Part shown: piece after piece, positions 50,283 through 57,988 of the stretch | How the letters are laid out: each line of letters opens with the position of its first letter | Position numbering within the stretch: the first letter of the stretch is position 1 | Assembly (NCBI GenBank): GCA_963720545.1 | Contig: OY970399.1 | Coordinates: forward strand, 352,001-416,000 | Length of the DNA: 64,000 bases | Direction: 5' to 3' | From: an uncultured Acidobacteriota bacterium | Lineage (GTDB): Bacteria > Acidobacteriota > Vicinamibacteria > Fen-336 | Translations under genes and position numbers: made by a program | The notes under the pieces: model-generated | The model's database searches: none | Told to the model about the DNA's origin: nothing | Seen by the model: the letters and a program-made list of their open reading frames with translations, nothing else

Positions 50283-52904
50283 TCATCGAGCGTTACTCCA
50301 ATTCATGAGCAAAGTCAGCGGGGCGGTATCGAGCTGGTCGGCGGTGTTGATCAGGAAACGGCGGCCGTCGGCGGAAACGACGTACTGCTGGCGGTGGATC
50401 GGGGCGAACGGAACGATCACGGGCGCGACGAAGAGCGGCACCGGCGTGCCCACCGCCGCGGCGAGGTTGGCTTCCTCGCGAATCGCCACCGCCATCAGGT
50501 GCTTGTCGGGCGCCACGTAGAAGACCTCCTTGCCATCGGCCCGCCAACGGACCTGAGTGCCACCGCCCACGGAGACCTTGTGTCTCGAACCGGGACGCGG
50601 GAACGACTGAAGGTAGATCTCGGCATGGCCGAGCTCGTCGGATTCGAAGGCCACGAAACGGCCGTCCGGAGAAAACTGGGCATCGCGCTCGTTGTACTGC
50701 GTGCTGGCAACCCGAACCTTGTCCTGGTCTGCCACGGACCACGCCCACAGGTCGAACGTCGCCGTCGCCGGATCGATCTCCTTGTACAGCACGAACCGCC
50801 CATCGCGCGACCAGTCGGTTGCAATCCTGACGACACCACGGTCGTCCATGAGCGGCTGGTCGGCGGCCGAACCATCCAGCCGCTTGACCGTCAAGCCCCG
50901 CTGAGGAGTGTTGTAGACGAGTCTGCTGCCGTCCGCGGACCAGACTGGCATCGCGTCGACGCCGGGATCGACCGTAAGCCGGTCGAACGTGTTGCGCTCC
51001 AGGTCGAGCGTGTAGATGTCGGTGTTCTGGCGCTCGGTCGCCTGCACGGCGACGCGCTTGCCGTCCAGGGACAGGGCCGGGTTGTTGACGTACGGCGGCG
51101 CCTGCTCGCCACTCGCGACTCCCAGCTCCTTCCCCGAACGGTCGAACCAGATGAGCCGGCGGCGGCGCACCTGCGCTTCGCCGGGACGATAGGCGATCGA
51201 ACCCGCCGCGGACACGGACAGGCCGACCGAGACGCCGTCGATGACCACGCGGTCCGCGACCTGTTTCATCGTGCCGCTCAGCGTCCGCGATGCCGGGTCG
51301 AACGCCTGCGCCAGCAGAGAGCGCTCCTGCACGAACAGCAGGTGTCCCGCGGTGTAGCGGGCCGGCCCATCGGCAGCCGTCAAGCGGCGGCTTTCGGCGC
51401 CGTCGAGTGAGCCGACATAGACCCCCGGTTCCGCGTCGCCGCCTGCTGGCACGTAGAAGAGGAAGTGCCGGCCATCCGGCAGGAATTGCGGGAAGCGCGT
51501 GAGCCGGCCCGCGGTTCCGAGGACGATTTCCTTCCGCTCTCCACCCGCTGCCGGGATCTGAAACATCCCGGCGTTGTCGACCGGCACGTAGAGGATGGTG
51601 CCATCCTGATTCCACGTTCCGCCCCCCGGCGTCAGCGTATGGGCGATCGCAACTGGTGTTCCGCCGTCGAGGTTGAGCACCATGAGCCTGCTGGCGGTGA
51701 AGAAGCCGACGGAGCGGCCATCGGGCGACCAGAACGGGTGAAGCGCATCCTGAGCACCTGGAAGCGGACGCGTGGCGCCGGTGTCGAGCGAGCGCAGGAA
51801 AAGCTGCCGCCCCTCCTGCTCGCTGCCGCTGAATACGAGCGCGCGGCCATCCGGCGACAAGGCGAAGGAAGTCGGCGCGAACGTTCCGGGAGTGTCGATA
51901 TCCACGAAAGAGGCCCGGGCCGACATCGAACCCGGACGCGCCAGGCGTTGCGACGCGAACCCGGCGCCCAGAGCGACGGCGACGAGCGCGGCACCCCATG
52001 CCACGCGCTCAGGGCGCGTCACCCTCTTCGCGCGCTCGGGCGACAGCGGCTCTCCCCGCATGGCATCGTCCAGGTCCAGCCTCGCATCGGCGATGTCCTG
52101 CTGCCGCTGCCGCAGGTTCTTCTCGAGGCAGCGGCGCAGGAGTCGTTCGATGCCGGCCGGCAGCGCGGGCAGCGCCGACCACGCGGGCTCGCTCTTCAGG
52201 ACCTCGGCGATCGCGTCAGAGGCATTTTCACCCGCGAACGGCCGCCGGCCGGCGAGCATCTCGAACAAGACGACGCCGAACGACCAGATGTCGGCGCGTC
52301 GATCGACGCTCTCGCCGCGCGCCTGTTCCGGCGCCATGTAGGCCGCGGTCCCCAGCACGACTCCGGCGCGCGTGTCGTACCGGGTGAGCGTCGCCGCGGC
52401 CGGCTCGCCCCCGCCCGGGGTGCCTTCGAGGGCCTTCGCGAGCCCGAAATCCAGCACCTTGACGGTGCCGTCCTGGCGCACCTTGATGTTGGCGGGCTTC
52501 AGGTCGCGGTGGACGATGCCCCGCGCGTGCGCCGCTTCCAGGGCCTCGGCCACCGCGCGCGCGATCGCGAGCGCCGGCTCGAGGGCGATTGCACCGCGGG
52601 CCAGGCGCTCGGCAAGCGTCTCCCCCGCGACCAGCTCCATGACCACGGCACGGATGCCGCCGTCGTTCTCGAGGCCGTAGACGCGGGCGATGTTCGGGTG
52701 ATCGAGCGCTGCCAGGACGCGTGCCTCGCGTTCGAGCCGGGCCACGCGGTCGCTGTCCGCGGCGAAGGCGTCGGGCAGCACCTTGATCGCGACCTCGCGC
52801 TCCAGCCTGGTGTCGCGCGCGCGATACACCTCGCCCATGGCGCCTGCTCCGACAGCCGCGAGGATCTCGTAGGCGCCGATGCGCGAGCCGGCGGGATGCG
52901 GCAT
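50283..52904 (-). CDS. Ser/Thr protein kinase with TM segment and TolB/PD40-like beta-propeller repeats
   Basis: GAGAMGEVY, VAIK, HRDLKPANI, DFGLAK, YMAPE; SPDG repeats. Confidence 0.95.
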   Translation of the reverse strand: MPHPAGSRIGAYEILAAVGAGAMGEVYRARDTRLEREVAIKVLPDAFAADSDRVARLEREARVLAALDHPNIARVYGLENDGGIRAVVMELVAGETLAERLARGAIALEPALAIARAVAEALEAAHARGIVHRDLKPANIKVRQDGTVKVLDFGLAKALEGTPGGGEPAAATLTRYDTRAGVVLGTAAYMAPEQARGESVDRRADIWSFGVVLFEMLAGRRPFAGENASDAIAEVLKSEPAWSALPALPAGIERLLRRCLEKNLRQRQQDIADARLDLDDAMRGEPLSPERAKRVTRPERVAWGAALVAVALGAGFASQRLARPGSMSARASFVDIDTPGTFAPTSFALSPDGRALVFSGSEQEGRQLFLRSLDTGATRPLPGAQDALHPFWSPDGRSVGFFTASRLMVLNLDGGTPVAIAHTLTPGGGTWNQDGTILYVPVDNAGMFQIPAAGGERKEIVLGTAGRLTRFPQFLPDGRHFLFYVPAGGDAEPGVYVGSLDGAESRRLTAADGPARYTAGHLLFVQERSLLAQAFDPASRTLSGTMKQVADRVVIDGVSVGLSVSAAGSIAYRPGEAQVRRRRLIWFDRSGKELGVASGEQAPPYVNNPALSLDGKRVAVQATERQNTDIYTLDLERNTFDRLTVDPGVDAMPVWSADGSRLVYNTPQRGLTVKRLDGSAADQPLMDDRGVVRIATDWSRDGRFVLYKEIDPATATFDLWAWSVADQDKVRVASTQYNERDAQFSPDGRFVAFESDELGHAEIYLQSFPRPGSRHKVSVGGGTQVRWRADGKEVFYVAPDKHLMAVAIREEANLAAAVGTPVPLFVAPVIVPFAPIHRQQYVVSADGRRFLINTADQLDTAPLTLLMNWSNAR

Positions 52905-52917
52905 GCGACGGCGATTC

Positions 52918-53121
52918 TAAGCCTGCGTCATGACTGCGTTGACTGAAGCCTGGGGTCGACTGAAGCCCAGGGTTGACTGAAGCCCAGGGTTGACTGAAGC
53001 CTAGGGTTGACTGAAGCCACGAGGCTTGACTCAGTCACTCTTCGGGCCCTGCCAACGACACGGGGCCCTCATCGGGTGTCACTCTTCGGGCCCTGCCAAC
53101 GACAAGAGGGCCTCATCGGGC
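52918..53121 (+). repeat. Composite repeat element, copy R: 5 x T[TC]GACTGAAGCC (17-bp period), bulged hairpin, and a 44-bp hairpin unit duplicated in tandem
   Basis: Cores at 52939, 52956, 52973, 52990, 53007; 44-bp units start at 53034 and 53078. Confidence 0.9.
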
Positions 53122-53122
53122 G

Positions 53123-55132
53123 CTAGTAAGCTCGAGTCACCGCAACGCCGGTGTAGTAGTGCTTCAGGATTTGCGACGCGGACGCGCCGCCGCGGGCCAT
53201 GCCGAAGGCGCCGACCTGGCACAGGCCGACGCCGTGGCCCCAGCCCTTGCCGGTGAAGACGAAGGACACCGAGCCTTCGGGGGTGCGCTCCTCGTCGAGC
53301 ACGAACAGGTTCTCGCGCAGGCCGAGGGCGAAGCGGATACGCAGGCCGCGCAGCGTGACGTCGCCGGCGTCGCCGCGCACCAGCAGCGATACGACGCGGC
53401 CGGAGACGCCGATCTGCGTCGGTTCGATGTGCGTCACGCGGCCCACCTTGCCGTCGGCAGCGATCGCCTTCGCGACCTGCTCGGGCGAGAGGCGCACCTC
53501 CCACCGGTAGTACTTCGAGCTGCGGTCGGAGGCGTCGCCCAGCAGGTTCTGGTTCGCCTCGAGGAAGCGCACACTGTCGCCGCGCACCACCGCGGTGACG
53601 GCATCGCCAGGGGCGAGCGAAACCCGCGACGCGGCGATGGGGTCGCCGCCGAGGCGGCGGAAGAGCGGCACGCCGGCGGGCACCGCGTAGCTGTCGTCGC
53701 TGTCCGCGGACGCGCGCCGCAGCGACACGCGGCCGGCGGACGTGGCGCGGTACTCCGCGGTGACGAGCGCGGGCGCGCCCATCTTCTCCACCACACCCGC
53801 CAGCAGGCGCGCGAACTCGCCGCGGGTGATGCGCGAATCGCCGCGCAGCCGGTTGTCGCCGGCGGGACGCAGCACGCCTTCCTGGATGAGCTGCACCGCC
53901 GCCACCTGCTCGTCGGCGCTCAGCTCGTTCGAGTCCTCAAGATCCAGCAGGTAGCGCGAGTCGCCGGGAGCGACCAGGCGCCGCCGCTCCTGCCAGCAGG
54001 AGCGATCGACCACGTAGCGGAAGACGCGACCGCGACGCGCGGTGACCTCTTCGTCATCCGCGGCACAAGGCTTGCGGCCGGCCGCCGACACGGCTTGCGC
54101 GGTCCACTCGGCGACCTCGCGTGCAGTCGGCGGCGTGCGCGTGTATGCGGTGTCGGTGGCGCGCCCGGTGGAAACGCCGAGCGCCGCGAGCAGCGCCAGG
54201 TCGCGCACCGCCGCCGCGTCGTCGAGGTTCGCCACCACTGCGCGGCCGCGAATCAGGCCCTCGCCATCGGCCTTCTCCGGCGAACACGCGACCCCGCGCA
54301 GGTACGAGACCGGCACGCCGGCGAACACGTTCTCGTTGTTCTCGGTGTGGCCGCCGCAGGTCGAGGTGTAGAGCGAGTTGATCGGCTGGCCTTCGACCGT
54401 CGCCACCAGGCCGCGGGTCTCCTCGACCGCCTGGTCGCTCAGCGGGTCCTCCGTCGACTTGCCCTTGTAGACCTGGCAGGCCGGCGTGGCGCAGATGTCG
54501 TAGCCCTGCGCCTCGAACTGCCCCTTGTTGCGAATCGCGTAGGTGCGCGCGGCGATCGCCTGCGCCTTGTGCGCCTCGAGCTCAGGAAAGCCCTTCGGCG
54601 ACAACTCGTTGGGGACGACGCCGCGCAGGTAGTCCTCGAGGCCGAGGACGTTGATGGCAGTGACGCCCTGCGCACCGAGCCTCACCTCAAAGGCGCCGCG
54701 GTACTCGGCGCCGTCGAGAGTCAGCGATTCTTCGGCCTGCGCCGGGATGACGCCGGCGCGGCTGGCGACGTCGCCGGTTTCGAGCAGGCGCACGCCGCGT
54801 GCGCCGCTCGGCGGCATGCCCTGCTGCAACACGAAGGTCGCTCGCGGCACGCGCCGCTCGACGCGGTTGCGGGTGCCGGGCACGATCAGCCAGACGGCGA
54901 CGCCGCTATCGGCGGCCAGCGATGCGCGCTTCGCGTCCACCGCCACACCGACGCGGATCGACGGCTTGGGCACCAGCGGCTCGAGGTCGAAGCCGTCGAC
55001 GGTGTGCGGCGGCGGCTGCGGACCGCGTCCCACCGAACGGCAGCTCGACGCGAGCGCGAAGGCGGCCAGCAGGACCGCTACGACCGTGGCAGTCCTGGAG
55101 CGGCCAAAGGTGCTGAGGATCGCCTTCACCAT
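53123..55132 (-). CDS. SpoIID/LytB-domain lipoprotein (lytic transglycosylase-like) with SLH-like insert
   Basis: Lipobox LASSC; LEDYLRGVVPNE, KAQAIAARTYA, CQVY, STCGG, GWGHGVGLCQ, ILKHYY. Confidence 0.9.
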   Translation of the reverse strand: MVKAILSTFGRSRTATVVAVLLAAFALASSCRSVGRGPQPPPHTVDGFDLEPLVPKPSIRVGVAVDAKRASLAADSGVAVWLIVPGTRNRVERRVPRATFVLQQGMPPSGARGVRLLETGDVASRAGVIPAQAEESLTLDGAEYRGAFEVRLGAQGVTAINVLGLEDYLRGVVPNELSPKGFPELEAHKAQAIAARTYAIRNKGQFEAQGYDICATPACQVYKGKSTEDPLSDQAVEETRGLVATVEGQPINSLYTSTCGGHTENNENVFAGVPVSYLRGVACSPEKADGEGLIRGRAVVANLDDAAAVRDLALLAALGVSTGRATDTAYTRTPPTAREVAEWTAQAVSAAGRKPCAADDEEVTARRGRVFRYVVDRSCWQERRRLVAPGDSRYLLDLEDSNELSADEQVAAVQLIQEGVLRPAGDNRLRGDSRITRGEFARLLAGVVEKMGAPALVTAEYRATSAGRVSLRRASADSDDSYAVPAGVPLFRRLGGDPIAASRVSLAPGDAVTAVVRGDSVRFLEANQNLLGDASDRSSKYYRWEVRLSPEQVAKAIAADGKVGRVTHIEPTQIGVSGRVVSLLVRGDAGDVTLRGLRIRFALGLRENLFVLDEERTPEGSVSFVFTGKGWGHGVGLCQVGAFGMARGGASASQILKHYYTGVAVTRAY

Positions 55133-55142
55133 GCGAACCCCG

Positions 55143-56096
55143 TCAGCCCTGCCGCTCGGCGTTGTAGACGAACGAGATCTGCAGCACCAGCCGCCGCGAC
55201 TTGAAGTCGGCCGGCAGCGGCAGCGGGCGGCTCGCGATCAGGGCGTTCTGCGCGGCGCGGTCGAGAGCCGCGACGCCGGAGGACTTGGCGAGGTTCGCGG
55301 CCGAGACGCGGCCGTCGCGCTCCACCACGAACTCGAAGTCGGCGTGCGTCCCGAACCCGAACATCGCCGACTGCGGCACGATCCAGTTGCGGTAGATCTC
55401 GCGGCGCAGGTGCTCCACCCAGTCGGTGAAGTCGGCGCCTTCCGGGTCGAAAAAGAGCGGCCCGATCTGCTTGCCGGTGCCGGTTGGCAGGCCCTGGCGG
55501 CCCAGGGCCTCGACGCGGCGTTCGGCCGAAGCCGCGATCGATTCGGATGGCGCCGTGAGCCGGGGCGGCGGCGTGGGGCCGGGGTCGCCGGCCGAAGGCA
55601 GCATCGGGCGGCCGAGGGCCGGCACCTTCTCGCCGGAAGCAGCGGTCTCGGCCGCGGAGGGCGTCGGCTGGGGCGACGCTCCTGCCTGGGCCTTGACCTC
55701 GGCAGTCGGCGGCTCCGGGGCCGGCGCCTGGCGGCGCAGCGTGTCGCCCTGGGCCATCAGCTTGCGCAACTCCTCATCACGTTTCAGCTCGAGGACCTTG
55801 GCCTTCTCCTTCGCCTGTGCGCCGACACTGATCCGGTCGCTTTGCGGTGGCGGTGTCGGCGGCGAGGACGGCGCCAGCCGCGGCTCAGGCTTCGGCGTCG
55901 GTGGCGGAGGTGCCAGCTGCCGCAGGACGGAGGCTGGCGGAGTCACCAGGCGCGCGACTTCGCGGTTGTCCTCGGCGGCCGTCGGCGGCGGTGTGCGTGC
56001 AGGCAGCAGCTGTTGGACCTCCATCAGGGACCCCACCAACATGATGTGGAAGATTGCCGAATAGAGGAAGATTTGACGCTGTAGGTTGTGTTTCAC
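55143..56096 (-). CDS. TonB/TolA-family energy transducer
   Basis: N-terminal TM with SxxxH (YSAIFH), Pro-rich linker, C-domain SSGVAALDRAA..PLPLP. Confidence 0.8.
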   Translation of the reverse strand: MKHNLQRQIFLYSAIFHIMLVGSLMEVQQLLPARTPPPTAAEDNREVARLVTPPASVLRQLAPPPPTPKPEPRLAPSSPPTPPPQSDRISVGAQAKEKAKVLELKRDEELRKLMAQGDTLRRQAPAPEPPTAEVKAQAGASPQPTPSAAETAASGEKVPALGRPMLPSAGDPGPTPPPRLTAPSESIAASAERRVEALGRQGLPTGTGKQIGPLFFDPEGADFTDWVEHLRREIYRNWIVPQSAMFGFGTHADFEFVVERDGRVSAANLAKSSGVAALDRAAQNALIASRPLPLPADFKSRRLVLQISFVYNAERQG

Positions 56097-56217
56097 GCGA
56101 CCGCCACATTCGACGGATCAGGCTAGCACGCCGTATGCGCGGGAAGGGCGTGAAAAGGTCCCTCCATGAAAACCTTAACCTTCTGTGAAGATTGGACTTA
56201 GCCAGACCGACAGAGTT

Positions 56218-57174
56218 TTACTGAGCGCCGCCCGCGGCGTGCCGCGTGATCGAGGCCACGATCCGCTCGCAGAGGTCCAGTGCCCGCCGCCCCGCCAGGC
56301 CCGCAACGAGAGGCTCGCTCCTCGTCCGAACCGAGTGGAGGAACGCCTGCAGCTGGCGCGTGAGCGGCTCCTCCTCCGGCGCCACCACCGTCGAGGCATC
56401 GATGCGGGGATTCTGCGGATCGGCCGAATCGATGAGCACCACCTGCGCTTCGCGCTTCACGAGGTCGGCCGAGACGTAGGTTCCAGGGGCGAAGACCCGG
56501 AACTTGCGGGTCTTGTCGAGTGAAACCCGGCTCGCTGTGAGGTTCGCGATGAGGCCGGAGCGGAAGCGCAGGCGGGCGCTGGCGATGTCGATCTTCGGGG
56601 TCAGCACGGCCACCCCGACCGCATCCACCTGCACCGCCTCCGAACCGTCGAGCGCCAGCACGATATCGAGGTCGTGGACCATGAGGTCGAGGATGACGTC
56701 GATGTCGAGGCTGCGGCCCGGAAAAGCGCCGAGGCGGTGCGCCTCGATGAAGCGCGGGCTTCCGGCATGCTGCTTCAGTACGTCCACCACCGGATTGAAA
56801 CGTTCGACGTGACCCACCTGCAGGATGCGCGAGCCGGAAGCGGCAAGCGCGATGAGCTCGTCCGCCTCGGCCAGGGTCGACGTCATCGGCTTCTCGACCA
56901 GGACGTCCACTCCGGCGCGCAGCGCGGCGGCGGCCGCCTCGTGATGGCCGTTCGTCGGCACCGCAATGCTGACGGCATCCACCTCGGAAAGCATGTGCGC
57001 GAGGCTCGCGAACACGCGGGTCCCATGCCGCTCTGCGATCTCGGCCGCGCGGCCTGGGTCGGCGTCGCAGATGCCAGCGAGCGAGCAGCCCGCAAGCGTG
57101 GCGTAGACGCGTGCATGATGCTGGCCAAGCGAGCCGACGCCGACGACGCCGACGCGCACCGCTCTCTCAACCAT
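56218..57174 (-). CDS. Gfo/Idh/MocA oxidoreductase, GnnA-like (UDP-GlcNAc 3-dehydrogenase)
   Basis: GVGSLG, VEKP, VGHVERFNP, DLMVHDLD, LTASR; located directly after lpxA-lpxI. Confidence 0.8.
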   Translation of the reverse strand: MVERAVRVGVVGVGSLGQHHARVYATLAGCSLAGICDADPGRAAEIAERHGTRVFASLAHMLSEVDAVSIAVPTNGHHEAAAAALRAGVDVLVEKPMTSTLAEADELIALAASGSRILQVGHVERFNPVVDVLKQHAGSPRFIEAHRLGAFPGRSLDIDVILDLMVHDLDIVLALDGSEAVQVDAVGVAVLTPKIDIASARLRFRSGLIANLTASRVSLDKTRKFRVFAPGTYVSADLVKREAQVVLIDSADPQNPRIDASTVVAPEEEPLTRQLQAFLHSVRTRSEPLVAGLAGRRALDLCERIVASITRHAAGGAQ

Positions 57175-57988
57175 GCGCTTCGTCCGCTATGCCCCAGATC
57201 GAGATGCCGCGGGTGTTCGCCGCCACCAGGAACTCGGGCTTGTCGATGATGAGCGTCTTGCCCGCTTCGATGCCGAGCACCGCGGCCTGCGCCTGGGCCA
57301 GCACCTCGAGCGTCGCCATGCCCACGACCGGCACGTCGAAGCGCGGGTCCTGCCGCGGCTTCGCCAGCTTGACGACGACGCAGCCGGCGCCGGCCAGCGA
57401 CCCGGCGCGGCGCACGACCTCGTCGGTGCCCTCCATCGCCTCGACCGCCACCGCCGCCCGGTCCTTGACCACCACCGTCTGCCCCACGTCCACCGCGGTC
57501 AGCGCGCGTGCCAGCCCCAGCCCGTAGGCGAGGTCCTTCTGCTGGGCCGCGCTCGGCGCCGGGCCCGCCATGGCGCCCGGCGCGGCCATGAAGTCGGCAA
57601 GCAGCGACACCGACGACACCAGGCGGATGCCTTCCTTCGCCAGCGCGTCGGCGACACCGCCGATCAGGCTGTCGGTGTTCTGGAACGCGAGCCGCGCCAG
57701 CACCGCCATCAGCTTCAGGTCGGGCTTGATGTCGGAAAAGATCTTGCGGTGCTTCACCTGCCCGGCCATCACCGCTTCGCTGACGCCGGCGGCGTGGAAG
57801 GTGTCGATGCACTTGCCCAGCTGGCCGAGGCTCATCCAGTGGGCTTCGTCCGCCTCCGCCTCGATTTGCTCGGACGCCTCCTCGCGGATCGCGACCGCCA
57901 CCACGCGGCGCCCGCGCCGGCGCGCCTCGCGCGCGATCAGCAGCGGAAAGCGCCCGTTCCCGGCGATCAGGCCGAGCGGCGCGCTCAC
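57167..57988 (-). CDS. lpxI: UDP-2,3-diacylglucosamine hydrolase LpxI
   Basis: LGLIAGNGRFP, DVGQ, AVEAMEGTD, KPRQDPRFDVPVVG; GTGA overlap with the lpxA stop. Confidence 0.92.
   Translation of the reverse strand: MSAPLGLIAGNGRFPLLIAREARRRGRRVVAVAIREEASEQIEAEADEAHWMSLGQLGKCIDTFHAAGVSEAVMAGQVKHRKIFSDIKPDLKLMAVLARLAFQNTDSLIGGVADALAKEGIRLVSSVSLLADFMAAPGAMAGPAPSAAQQKDLAYGLGLARALTAVDVGQTVVVKDRAAVAVEAMEGTDEVVRRAGSLAGAGCVVVKLAKPRQDPRFDVPVVGMATLEVLAQAQAAVLGIEAGKTLIIDKPEFLVAANTRGISIWGIADEAHG

Noticed and set aside
53030..53080. Minus-strand hammerhead-ribozyme resemblance (CCGAUGA-stem-GAAG; left copy CCGACGA-stem-GAGG)
   Set aside because: The core deviates from CUGANGA/GAAA at conserved positions, stems I and III are not evident, and wobble pairs favour the plus strand; only a covariance search could rescue it.
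52939..53121. Tandem repeats as a CRISPR array
   Set aside because: Units are 17-18 bp head to tail with no unique 25-45 bp spacers, and there are no cas genes in the window.
50150..53121. Canonical integron attC sites or IS ends
   Set aside because: No RYYYAAC...GTTRRRY box pairs, no terminal inverted repeats with target duplication, no IntI or transposase.
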